From: Thermoanaerobaculia bacterium
GTDB lineage: Bacteria > Acidobacteriota > Thermoanaerobaculia > Multivoradales > UBA5704
Direction: 5' to 3'
Assembly: GCA_044226625.1 (NCBI GenBank)
Contig: JBGAGQ010000026.1
Location: 1 to 64,000, forward strand
DNA length: 64,000 nucleotides
The position numbers were made by a program, and so were the translations under genes. Positions 27,708 to 36,985 of this stretch are shown in pieces. Position 1 is the stretch's first letter; every line of letters begins with the position of its first letter. The notes under the pieces were generated by a model. That model searched no databases. It was not told the origin of the DNA and saw only the letters and a list, made by a program, of their open reading frames with translations.

Positions 27708-29137
27708 GGGCGCACTCGGTCTCGGCCGGCGGCTTTCGCTTCGTAGAGGCGGCGGTCGGCGATCGCGACCAGCTCGTCGGCCGCCGTCCGCCCGGCGAGC
27801 TCGGAGAGCGCTGCGACTCCGAACGACGCGGTGATCCGCTGGAGGGGATCCGCGGCGATCGACAGCGTGTGCGAGGCGACGTCGCGGCGAAGGCGCTCGG
27901 CCGCCTGGCGGGCGGCCTCCAGGTCGACCTGCGGCAGGACGGCGAGGAACTCCTCGCCGCCGTAGCGGCCGAGCAGGTCGGTCGTGCGCAGCGACTTCCG
28001 GAGCACCGCCGAGCCTTCGCGCAGCACGGCGTCACCCACGAGATGGCCGAAGCGGTCGTTGATCCGCTTGAAGTTGTCGAAGTCGCAGAGCACCAGCGAG
28101 AGCGGCTGGCGGTAGCGGCGCGCGCGCTCGATCTCCTCGCCCAAGCGCTCGAAGATGGCGCGCCGGTTGAGCAGCCGGGTGAGCCCGTCGAGCACCGACA
28201 GCTCGCGCAGGCGCTCGGCGAGCAGGGCGTTTTCGAGCACCACGCCGAGCGGCCGGACCAGGCCGTCGACCAGCGACGAGGCCGAGGTGGCGAACTGCAC
28301 CCCGTCGCGCGGCAGGAGCACGAGGCTCCCCTTGCCGCGCGACAGCGGCAGCTCGAGCCAGATCGCGAGATCGAGGTCGACCGGCTCGCCGCCGCGCTCG
28401 CCCGAGACGCCCAGATTGCGCGCCACGTCCGAGGGCAGCCCCAGGCTCGCGAGCAGGCGCGTGCCCAGCTCGGCGAGCAGGTCGGGCGGCAGCGGCTCGG
28501 GCAGCAGGACGTGCGCCGCCACCAGCTCGACGTCGCCCACCGCCGCGCCCAGGAACCGGGCGTCGACCACCGCGCCGAGGACCTCCAGCACCGAGCGGCA
28601 GGCCTCGTGGAAATCGCCCGTGCCCATGCCGGCTTCGAGCAGCTCGGCGGCGAGCGTCGCCTGGAGCAGGGCGCCGTCGAGACGCGCGGCGACGCCGGCG
28701 ACACGCCCGAGCAGGTGGCTGTCCCGATGGTCGGGCGAGATCGAGCGGCGGGAGCCCTGCGGCTCGGTCGGGCGGAGCTTCGCGAGCCGCGCGACCTCGG
28801 CGGCGAGCTCGGTCGCCGGCGCTTCGAGGTCGAGCCGGGCGGCGGCGCCGCTCTTCTCGCTCCAGAAGCGGGAGGCCGCCTCCCCTTCGCCCGAGAGGAT
28901 CAGGACCGGGATGCGCGCCTGGACCGGGTCGGCCTTGAGCAGGCGGAGCAGCGGAAAGCCCTCCATCGTCGGCACCGCGACGGCGGCCACCACGACGTGC
29001 GGCTGGCGCTCCAGGGCGGACATCGCCGACTCGAAGTCGCGCGCCTCCTCCACCTCGAACCCGGCGCCGCGCAGGCCGCGGGCGTGGACCGCCCGGCCGA
29101 CCTCGCTGTTTTCGACCAACAGAACGCGCGCGCTCAT
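27704..29137 (-). CDS. Receiver-like + GGDEF diguanylate cyclase
   Basis: DGLTRLLNRR, DFDNFKRINDRFGH, RTTD I-site, GRYGGEEF. Confidence 0.92.
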   Translation of the reverse strand: MSARVLLVENSEVGRAVHARGLRGAGFEVEEARDFESAMSALERQPHVVVAAVAVPTMEGFPLLRLLKADPVQARIPVLILSGEGEAASRFWSEKSGAAARLDLEAPATELAAEVARLAKLRPTEPQGSRRSISPDHRDSHLLGRVAGVAARLDGALLQATLAAELLEAGMGTGDFHEACRSVLEVLGAVVDARFLGAAVGDVELVAAHVLLPEPLPPDLLAELGTRLLASLGLPSDVARNLGVSGERGGEPVDLDLAIWLELPLSRGKGSLVLLPRDGVQFATSASSLVDGLVRPLGVVLENALLAERLRELSVLDGLTRLLNRRAIFERLGEEIERARRYRQPLSLVLCDFDNFKRINDRFGHLVGDAVLREGSAVLRKSLRTTDLLGRYGGEEFLAVLPQVDLEAARQAAERLRRDVASHTLSIAADPLQRITASFGVAALSELAGRTAADELVAIADRRLYEAKAAGRDRVRP

Positions 29138-30231
29138 GCTCCCCCTCCCCCTCCTCCCCCGTCCGGCCGATCGGAGCGGTCGCCCCCGCGGCAGATCTTC
29201 GCGAGCCAGCGCGCGATCTCGCGCGGCGGCATCGCGAGCTCGGCGGCGCCGCGCTCGAGCGCCACCCGCGGCATGCCGAAGACGACCGAGCTCGCCTCGT
29301 CCTGCACCACCGTGAGCCCGCCCGCGGTCTTGAGCGCGAGCAGCCCTTCGACGCCGTCCGCGCCCATCCCCGTGAGCAGCACCCCCACCGCGTCGCGCGG
29401 CGCCGCGGCGGCGACGGAGAGGAACGTCTCGTCGACCGAGGGGCGGTGGCCGCGCCGCGGCGGCGTGTCGGCGTCGAGGGCCAAGCGGCCGTGCTCGAGG
29501 AGCCGCAGGTGGGCGCCCGCCGGCGCCAGGCGCACCGCTCCTGGGCCGGGCGTCTCGCCGTCCTTCGCGAGCCGCACGTCGTGCGGGAATTCCTTGTTGA
29601 GCCAGTCGGCGAGACCCGCCTCGAAGCCGGCGGCGATGTGCTGCACCACCAGGATCGACACCGGCAGGTCGGCGGGCAGCTCGAAGAACAGCTCGCGCAG
29701 CGCGGCAGGTCCGCCCGTCGAGGCGCCGATCGCCACCCAGCGCAGCGGACGGTCGAGCCGGCGCGCGACCGTCGGCCGCGGCGTCGGAGTCTCGTCTGCG
29801 CGCTTCGCGGGGGCGGGCCGGCCGGCCGGAGTCCGGCGCGCCGAGAGCGCCGCCGCGCGGACCATCTCCGGCAGCGCTTCGGTGAGCAGCTTCCAGCTCT
29901 CGGGATCCTCCGGCTTCGGCAGCACCTCGATCGCGCCGCGCTTCATCGCCTCGAACGCCGTCTGCATCTGGTTTCGATTGGCGCGCGAGGAGAGCACCAG
30001 GATCGGCGTCGGGCGCGCCGCCATGATCTTCTCGATCGCGACGTAGCCGTCCATCACCGGCATCTGGAGGTCCATCACGATGACGTCGGGGAGCAGCTCC
30101 GCGGCGGCGGCGACCGCGCGCTCGCCGTCCTCGGCGTCGCCCACGATCTCCAGGTCCTCGGCGCGGGAGAGGAACCGGCGCAGCACCGCCCGCACCGACG
30201 TCGAATCGTCGACCACCAGGACGCGGATCAT
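29134..30231 (-). CDS. cheB: Chemotaxis response regulator methylesterase CheB
   Basis: REC VVDDS...MDLQMP; IGASTGG, VQHI, LTGMGADG. Confidence 0.95.
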   Translation of the reverse strand: MIRVLVVDDSTSVRAVLRRFLSRAEDLEIVGDAEDGERAVAAAAELLPDVIVMDLQMPVMDGYVAIEKIMAARPTPILVLSSRANRNQMQTAFEAMKRGAIEVLPKPEDPESWKLLTEALPEMVRAAALSARRTPAGRPAPAKRADETPTPRPTVARRLDRPLRWVAIGASTGGPAALRELFFELPADLPVSILVVQHIAAGFEAGLADWLNKEFPHDVRLAKDGETPGPGAVRLAPAGAHLRLLEHGRLALDADTPPRRGHRPSVDETFLSVAAAAPRDAVGVLLTGMGADGVEGLLALKTAGGLTVVQDEASSVVFGMPRVALERGAAELAMPPREIARWLAKICRGGDRSDRPDGGGGGGGA

Positions 30232-32429
30232 GGCGCGAAGCGCCCTCCGAGCCGGCGCACCAGCTCGACCAGCTCCCCGGCGTCGAGGCTCTGCTTGGCG
30301 AGATAGGCGTCGGCGCCCGCCTGGAGGCCGCGCAGGCGGTCCTCCGAGCGGTCGCGGGTGGAGACCACGACGACCGGCAGGTGGGCGAAATGCTCGAGCG
30401 AGCGGATCTTCGCCGTCAGCTCGAGGCCGCTCATCCCCGGCATCTCGATGTCGGTGACCACGCAGTCGAACGGCTCCTCGCCCAGGCGGGTGAGCGCCTC
30501 GAACGCGTCGGCCACCGCGCGCACGGCGAAGCCCGCGTCCTCGAGCAGGCGGCGCTCCATCTCGCGCGTGACCAGCGAGTCGTCGACCAGCAGCACGCGC
30601 ACCCGCCGCAGCGACGGCGCGGGGCGCGACACCACGGGTTGATGCGCGAGGCTCCGCTCGGCCAGGGCACCCGGGGCGAGCACGCCGATCGGCTCGCCGG
30701 AGGCGAGGAGCGCGACCCCCTCGATCGCCGGGTCGGCCGCGGCGGCGCGCGCGAGCGGGCGGACCAGGACCTCCTCCTCCCCCAGCACGTCGTCGACCGA
30801 AACCGCGAACGGCTGGCCGGAGGCCATCCCCTCGACCAGCAGGCGCCCCTCCGAATCGGCCCGCCCGCAGAGCCGCCCGAGCGGCACGAAATGCACCAGC
30901 CGCTCGGCGGCGCCCTTGGCTGCGACCCGCGCGATCAGCCGGCCGTCCCGGTCGATCGCCTGCGCGGGATCGATGCGCGAGGTGCGGCGCGCGGAGCTTG
31001 CGGGGAGCCCCAGCTTCAGGCCGCCGACCCGGAGGATCAGGATCGCCTCGCCGCGGCGCGCGACGGGGACCACGATCTCCACGCGGGTCCCCTGGCCGGG
31101 GGCGGAATGGAAGAAGACCTCGCCCCCCGCGCGGCCGGCCGCGGTCGAGACGACGTCGAGGCCGACGCCGCGGCCGGAGACGTCGGAGACCGCGTCGCGG
31201 GTGGAGAACCCGGGGACGAACAGAAAGCGCCAGGTCGCCTCGGGCGAGAGGGTCCGCGCCTCCGCTTCGGCGATCAGGCCCGCGGCGACGGCGCGCTCGC
31301 GCACGGCGCGCGGATCGGCGCCCGCTCCGTCGTCCTCGATCGCGAGCCGCACCTTCGCCGCTTCGGCGCGCGCGGCGATGCGCAGCCGGCCGATCGGCGG
31401 CTTGCCGGCGGCGGCGCGCCCCTCCGGCCGCTCGATTCCGTGGTCGACCGCGTTCCGCACAAGGTGGATCAGCGCGTCGTCGAGCTCGCGGACGATCCGG
31501 CGGTCGAGCCGCACCTCCTCGCCCGTCACCTCGACGTCGATCTCCCGCCCGAGCGAGCGGCCGAGCTCACGCGCCGAGCGGGCGAGCGACTGGAGCTTGT
31601 CGCGCAGCGGCTGGAGCTGCAGGGCGAGGACGCGGTCGATCTGCTCGTCCGCCGTCCGCACCAGCCGCCGCTCGCGCCCCTCGACCTCGATCGCGAGGCG
31701 CCGGAGCATCGTGGCGAGCCCCGCGAGCACCTGCGTCGGCTGCGGCTCGCGGAGGCCCCCTTCGGCGAGCTGCGCGAGCTCGTAGAGGCGGTCGATCACC
31801 GGCCGGACGCCGAGCGCGAGGAGCCGGACCTGCGTGGCGCGCTCGGCGAGCGCGTCGAGCGAGCCGGCCTCGAGCCGGAGCTCCGCGCCGCGCCGCTCGG
31901 CCGCGGGGGCCGGGGCGGAAAGCGCGGCCGCCGGAGCGGGCCGAGTGGGCTCGGGGCTCGCGCGATCGGCGCCGTTGCGATCCGAGGGAGCGGGCTCCGG
32001 CTCGGCGTCCGAAGGCGTCGCCGGTGCCGGCGGGGAGACGGCCGCGGCCGGCTCGTGCGCCAGCGTCGACCCGGACTCCGGCGCCTCGTGGGCTTCGAGC
32101 AGGGCGAGCAGCTCTTCGTCGCGCGCGGGGTCGAAGCCGTCGGCCACCTGCTCGACCATCGCGGAGAGCCGGTCGGCCACGCGCACCATCCGCCGGCCGA
32201 GGCCCGTCCGCGGCTCGGCGATCAGCTCCTCGGCGGCGTGGCAAAGCTCGGAGAGCGGGCCGATCTGCAGCATCCGCCCGGCGCCTTTGAGCGTGTGCAG
32301 CTCTCGCCGGGCCTCGACGAGCGCCGCGGGATCGTCGTCCAGGCGCCCCAGGACGGCCGAGAGGCGGGCGAGCCGGTCGCGCGCCTCCTCGGCGAACAGG
32401 GGAACGAGGTCGGCAAACTCCGGATCCAA
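30228..32429 (-). CDS. cheA: Hybrid CheA histidine kinase with C-terminal receiver
   Basis: HPt HTLKGAG, HLVRNAVDHGIE, EDDGAG, GFST...SGRGVGLDVV, CheW-like domain, REC VDDS...TDIEMP. Confidence 0.93.
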   Translation of the reverse strand: MDPEFADLVPLFAEEARDRLARLSAVLGRLDDDPAALVEARRELHTLKGAGRMLQIGPLSELCHAAEELIAEPRTGLGRRMVRVADRLSAMVEQVADGFDPARDEELLALLEAHEAPESGSTLAHEPAAAVSPPAPATPSDAEPEPAPSDRNGADRASPEPTRPAPAAALSAPAPAAERRGAELRLEAGSLDALAERATQVRLLALGVRPVIDRLYELAQLAEGGLREPQPTQVLAGLATMLRRLAIEVEGRERRLVRTADEQIDRVLALQLQPLRDKLQSLARSARELGRSLGREIDVEVTGEEVRLDRRIVRELDDALIHLVRNAVDHGIERPEGRAAAGKPPIGRLRIAARAEAAKVRLAIEDDGAGADPRAVRERAVAAGLIAEAEARTLSPEATWRFLFVPGFSTRDAVSDVSGRGVGLDVVSTAAGRAGGEVFFHSAPGQGTRVEIVVPVARRGEAILILRVGGLKLGLPASSARRTSRIDPAQAIDRDGRLIARVAAKGAAERLVHFVPLGRLCGRADSEGRLLVEGMASGQPFAVSVDDVLGEEEVLVRPLARAAAADPAIEGVALLASGEPIGVLAPGALAERSLAHQPVVSRPAPSLRRVRVLLVDDSLVTREMERRLLEDAGFAVRAVADAFEALTRLGEEPFDCVVTDIEMPGMSGLELTAKIRSLEHFAHLPVVVVSTRDRSEDRLRGLQAGADAYLAKQSLDAGELVELVRRLGGRFAP

Positions 32430-32445
32430 AAGACCCCCCCGGGGC

Positions 32446-34098
32446 TTAGATCTTGGTCCAGCTGTTGATGTTGATGTCGAAGGCGAGGATGCCGACGAGG
32501 CGGCCCTCCTCGTACACCGGCGCGGCGACGGTGAAGATCGGCTCGCCCGAGATCAACGACGGATAGACGGCGGTGATCACCGCCCGCCCGGCTTTGACCG
32601 CCGCCTTGAACCAGGGGCGATCCGCGAAGCCCGTTCCCTTCCAGACCGACTCCGGCACCTCGCGGCTGCCCAGGAGGTCGTAGTTCGCCGCCGACGAGAG
32701 CTGGCCGGCCACGTCGTCGGTGAAGTAGAGGAACTCGATGTAGCCGCGCTCCTTGAGCAGCTCGGGGAGCAGGCGGTCGATCGCCTCCCAGTTGCCGGAG
32801 CGGCGCGCGACTTCGAGCGCCCACTCCTCCGCGGCGTGCTTGAGCGAATGGGGCGTTTCGAGGTGGAACGACTGGGCGAGCATCTGGATCTGGAGGCCGA
32901 GGTGATTCAGGCGGTCGGCGGTCGAGGTGAACTGCTTCAAACCGTCGGCCATGCGCTGGACCACCTGGCTCACCTCTTTGAGCGTCAGCACCACCTGGTC
33001 CGAGGCGGCGTTCTGCTGTTGGGTGGCGAGCGAGATCTCGCGCGCCACGCGCGCCGTGTCGCCGGAGGCGCGGCGCAGCTCGTCGATCGCCGAGGCCGCC
33101 GAGCGCGCCCGCTCGAGCACGCGGCTCGCCTCCTTGCTCCCCTCCTCGGTCGCCACCACGGTCGCGCGGATCGAGCCCGCGAACTCGTCCAACAGGGCGC
33201 GCACCGACTCGACCGACTCCTGCGACCGCTGGGCGAGCCGGCGCACCTCTTCGGCCACCACCGAGAAGCGGCGCCCGTGCTCCCCCGCCGCCGCCGCCTC
33301 GATCGCCGCGTTGAGCGAGAGGATGTGGGTCTCCTGGGAGATCTCGGTGATCAGGTCGAGCACGCGGTAGATCTCTTTCGAGCGCGCGCCGAGCGAGTCG
33401 GCGCGATCGGCGATGCCGCTGATGCGCTTCTTGACCTCTTCCACCCCGGCGACCGCCTCTTCGACCGCCGCCGCGCCGACGTCGCCGCTCTCCTCGGCGC
33501 GCTGGGCGAGGTCCGCCTGGCTCGCGGCGTTCTCGGCGATCTGGAACGCGGTGCGCGCGAGCTCCTCCATCGCGGCGGTGATCTCGACCACCGAGGCCGC
33601 CTGCTCGGAGGAGCCGGACGCCAGCTCGGAAGCGATCTGGTTCACGCCGCTCGCGGCGCCCGCCACCTCGATCGAGCTCGACTGGATCTGCTGGGCGAGC
33701 ACGCCGAGCGCCGCCGTCGCGCGCTCGAACGCGGGGGCGAGGTCGCCGGGCAGGTTGTGGCCGCGGGCGGTGCAGCGCACGAGATCGCCCGCGCTCAGGT
33801 GCTCGAGCGCTTCGACCAGAACCGTCTCGGCCTCGGCGCGCGAGCGCCGCTCGGCCTGCGCGTAGGCGGCGAGCCGGCGCTCCGCCGGGACGACCACCCC
33901 GATCTGCACCGCGACCGTCACCAGCGCGACGAGCAGGAACGCCTCGAACAGCCATCCGGGCGCGCCGTGCGCCTCGGCGTAGAGCAGGAGGACGAAGCCG
34001 GCGAGGAGGATCGCGCCCAAGAGGACGAGGCCGAGGCGGGAGCCGCTCAAGCCCCGCGCGGTCGAACCGTTCGGCGAATCGAAGCTCGGATCAGGCAT
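32446..34098 (-). CDS. Methyl-accepting chemotaxis protein with C-terminal Cache-like domain
   Basis: Two N-terminal TMs; ETHILSLNAAIEAAAAGEHGRRFSVVAEEVRRLA hairpin; C-term DRPWFKAA...ITAVYPSLISGEPIFTVAAPV...VGILAFDI. Confidence 0.9.
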   Translation of the reverse strand: MPDPSFDSPNGSTARGLSGSRLGLVLLGAILLAGFVLLLYAEAHGAPGWLFEAFLLVALVTVAVQIGVVVPAERRLAAYAQAERRSRAEAETVLVEALEHLSAGDLVRCTARGHNLPGDLAPAFERATAALGVLAQQIQSSSIEVAGAASGVNQIASELASGSSEQAASVVEITAAMEELARTAFQIAENAASQADLAQRAEESGDVGAAAVEEAVAGVEEVKKRISGIADRADSLGARSKEIYRVLDLITEISQETHILSLNAAIEAAAAGEHGRRFSVVAEEVRRLAQRSQESVESVRALLDEFAGSIRATVVATEEGSKEASRVLERARSAASAIDELRRASGDTARVAREISLATQQQNAASDQVVLTLKEVSQVVQRMADGLKQFTSTADRLNHLGLQIQMLAQSFHLETPHSLKHAAEEWALEVARRSGNWEAIDRLLPELLKERGYIEFLYFTDDVAGQLSSAANYDLLGSREVPESVWKGTGFADRPWFKAAVKAGRAVITAVYPSLISGEPIFTVAAPVYEEGRLVGILAFDININSWTKI

Positions 34099-34438
34099 CG
34101 GACCCTCCAGAGACGACCAGGGGATGGGGCGGACGGACGGGGTCGAGCAGGACGACCGGGCGCCCCGAGTAGAGCGCCCAGCCGAGACAGGCCTCGGGCC
34201 AGAAGCGGTGGACGGCCGGCGAGAGCGGGCGGACGGCGAGGTTTTCGACGACCCCTTCCACCCGGTCCGCGGCGAGCGCGCGCGGGCCTTCGGCGTGCGA
34301 GAGCTCGATGCGCAGTTTCTCCTCCGGATCGGCGCCCTCGTCGCTCGAGCGGCCGGGGCCGATCCGCAGCACGCGGCCGCTCTCGATCCCCCAGAGGCCG
34401 CCGCCGCGATGGAACAGGAGATAGGAGGCGGCGGCCAT
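34091..34438 (-). CDS. Divergent CheW-like protein
   Basis: YLLFHRGG.LWGI...ALAADRVEGV...GRPVVLLDP; operon position. Confidence 0.7.
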   Translation of the reverse strand: MAAASYLLFHRGGGLWGIESGRVLRIGPGRSSDEGADPEEKLRIELSHAEGPRALAADRVEGVVENLAVRPLSPAVHRFWPEACLGWALYSGRPVVLLDPVRPPHPLVVSGGSDA

Positions 34439-34881
34439 CAGCCGTCTCCCAACCGGTCGGGATCGAGCACGCGCACCAGTTGATCGGCGACCAACGCCTC
34501 GCCGACCAGGAAGCCGGCGGTCGGCAGGAGCGACGCGCCGGAGAGGTCGACCACCTCGAGCGCCTCGTCCGCGGCGAGGCCGATCGCCTCGCGTCCGTCG
34601 GCGGTGCGCGACCAGACGACGACGGTGACCGGGAACAGCGGATGCGGGCCGATCGGCGCGTTGATCAACCGGGCGAGGTCGAGCACCGGCAACGGCTCGC
34701 CGGCGAACTCGGCGAGGCCGGCGAGCTCCGGACGCGCGCCCGGCAGCGGATGGACCGAGAGCGCGCGCACGACGCGCCGCACCGCGCCGACCGGCAGGGC
34801 GCAGATCTGCTCCCCCACCCGGACGAGCAGATGTCCGGTGCGCCGCTCCGCCGGGCTCGCTGTCTCTTTCGCTCCGTCCAT
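34438..34881 (-). CDS. cheW: CheW coupling protein
   Basis: ALPVGAVRRVV...PLPGARPELAGLAEFAGEPLPVLDL...IGLAADE. Confidence 0.85.
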   Translation of the reverse strand: MDGAKETASPAERRTGHLLVRVGEQICALPVGAVRRVVRALSVHPLPGARPELAGLAEFAGEPLPVLDLARLINAPIGPHPLFPVTVVVWSRTADGREAIGLAADEALEVVDLSGASLLPTAGFLVGEALVADQLVRVLDPDRLGDG

Positions 34882-34927
34882 CGCTTTGCGCTTCGCGCCT
34901 CTCCCAGCAACCGCCCCTCGGCCCGCC

Positions 34928-36637
34928 TCAGCCCGCGTCGCCGATCCTCGTCCACTGATGGACGTCCACGTCGACGCCGAGCACCGATGCGAGCGAGCCT
35001 TCCGCGTCGAAGGAAGGGACGGCCACGGTAAAACAGGTCCTGCCGTTGACCGAGACGTAGGGCGCGGTGAGGACCGTCCGCCCGTGCGCGAGAACGGCGC
35101 GGAACCAGGGGCGGGCGGACAGGTCGCGCTGCGCCGACTCCGCTCCCCTCGCGCTTCGATCTCCTTCTGCCGCGGCGCCGTCACCGGCCGCTCTTCGTCT
35201 CGAGCCGAGGGCGAGAGCATATCCCTTCGCGTCGACGAGATACGCATCGTCGAGGTAGCCCGCGGAGGTCAGCAATCCATCGAGCGCTCCCTGGATCTCG
35301 GCCGCCTCGCCGGCGCCTCCCTCGCGGGCCGGCTCCCGCGTCGATGAGCGCGCCGGAAGACCGAGCCGCGCGACCCCTTCCGCCCAACCTTCCGCCAAAT
35401 GGATCAGCGAGGTCGGCGAATCGCGCCGCACGCCCTGGGCGAGCAGCTCGACGCCGAGCACGAGGCGCTCGAGCCGCCGCTGCGTCCGCTCGAGCGCCGC
35501 GAGCGCCGAGGAGGTCCGATCGACCACGCTGCCCACGTCGCGCAGGGTCGCGACGACCTCGTCCGACGCGCTGTCCTGCTCGCGCGTCGCGGCCCGGATC
35601 GCCTCGGCCCGCACGGACGTCTCGCTCCCCACCGCGCGCAGCTCGGCGACCGCCACGGCCGCGCGCTCCGCCGAGCCGAGCACCCGCCGGGTCTCTTTCG
35701 CCCCTTCTTCCGTCGCCACCACGGTGCCGCGGATCGAGGCGGAGAACTCGTCGAGCAGGGCGCGCACCGAGGTGACCGAATCGCGCGAGCGGCTGGCGAG
35801 CCGGCGCACCTCCTCGGCGACCACGGCGATCCGCCGCCCTTCCGATCCCGCCGCCGCCGCTTCGATCGCCGCGTTGAGCGACAGCACGTGGGTCTCCTGG
35901 GCGATCTCGGCGATCAGGTCGAGGACGCGGTAGATCTCTTTCGACCGCGCGCCGAGCGCGTCGGTCCGCTCGGCGATCGCGGCGATGCGCACCTCGACCT
36001 CGATCACCCCGCCCACCGCCTCGACCAGCGCGTCCTCGCCGATCGCGCCGCGCCGCTCGACGTGCGCCGCGAGGTCGGCCTGGGCGATCGCCCGCTCCGA
36101 GATGCCGGACGCCGTGCGCGCCAGCTCCTCCATCGCGGCGGTGATCTCGGCGACCGAGGCCGAGAGCTCGGTGGACGACGAGGCGAGCTCGGCGGTCATC
36201 CGCGCCATCCCGTCGGCCGCCGACGCCATCTCGCCGTTGGCGCCGCGCAACTGCTCGGCGAGCGCCGAGAGCCCCACGGTCGCGGTCGCCACGGCGCCGC
36301 GCACCGCCGCGGACAGCTCTGGCCGCTCGCGCGCGGCGGCGACCATGTCGCCGGCGCGCAGGTCGGCGAGCACCCGCCGCTCGGCGGCCTGAACCGCGCC
36401 GGACGAGGCGCCGTCGGCGGCCGCCCGGCGGGCCGCGAGCATCGCGCGCGAGGAGGCCAGCGCGAGCGCCGCGGCGGACGCGAGGGCGAACAGCGCGAGG
36501 GGGCCGAAGGGGGCGCCCGAGCGCACGCCGAGCGCGAGCAGCAGCACCCCCGCGGCCGACGCCGCGGCGAGCGGCGCGACGAAGCCCACGGCGCCGAGCG
36601 GGGGGCGCGCCGAGTGCCGGACGGCGGGCGCGCTCAA
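34928..36637 (-). CDS. Second methyl-accepting chemotaxis protein with C-terminal Cache-like domain
   Basis: ETHVLSLNAAIEAAAAGSEGRRIAVVAEEVRRLA; DLSARPWFRAV...TAPYVS...FTVAVP...GVDV; start uncertain (TTG 36637, ORF open to 36796). Confidence 0.85.
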   Translation of the reverse strand: MSAPAVRHSARPPLGAVGFVAPLAAASAAGVLLLALGVRSGAPFGPLALFALASAAALALASSRAMLAARRAAADGASSGAVQAAERRVLADLRAGDMVAAARERPELSAAVRGAVATATVGLSALAEQLRGANGEMASAADGMARMTAELASSSTELSASVAEITAAMEELARTASGISERAIAQADLAAHVERRGAIGEDALVEAVGGVIEVEVRIAAIAERTDALGARSKEIYRVLDLIAEIAQETHVLSLNAAIEAAAAGSEGRRIAVVAEEVRRLASRSRDSVTSVRALLDEFSASIRGTVVATEEGAKETRRVLGSAERAAVAVAELRAVGSETSVRAEAIRAATREQDSASDEVVATLRDVGSVVDRTSSALAALERTQRRLERLVLGVELLAQGVRRDSPTSLIHLAEGWAEGVARLGLPARSSTREPAREGGAGEAAEIQGALDGLLTSAGYLDDAYLVDAKGYALALGSRRRAAGDGAAAEGDRSARGAESAQRDLSARPWFRAVLAHGRTVLTAPYVSVNGRTCFTVAVPSFDAEGSLASVLGVDVDVHQWTRIGDAG

Positions 36638-36985
36638 GTGGGGCTCGATCGATGGCAGATCCGTCTCCCTATGCGACGGCCCCTCGCGGGGCCGAATCAA
36701 ACTCGCCGCGCGCTCGCCACGCGCTGGCGCGGCGGACGCTCGAGAAGAAAGGCGCGCAAATTCGTGCGGGGCGCACCCTCTATGGTGTCTCCACACGCCG
36801 ATTCGGAGCCGCGCCGCGCGAAAGCGTCGTCGTCTTGACCCAAAAGATGCGACGTTATACTTTCGCGCGCCCCCTACGAACGCAAGTGGGAAGGAAGTGA
36901 ATTGCTCGACCCCTGGAGAGGCGCCGGATCGGCGGCGCGTCCCCGTTTTCGCTCGACGAACTATTTCGTTTCTTGCGGAGGAGAA

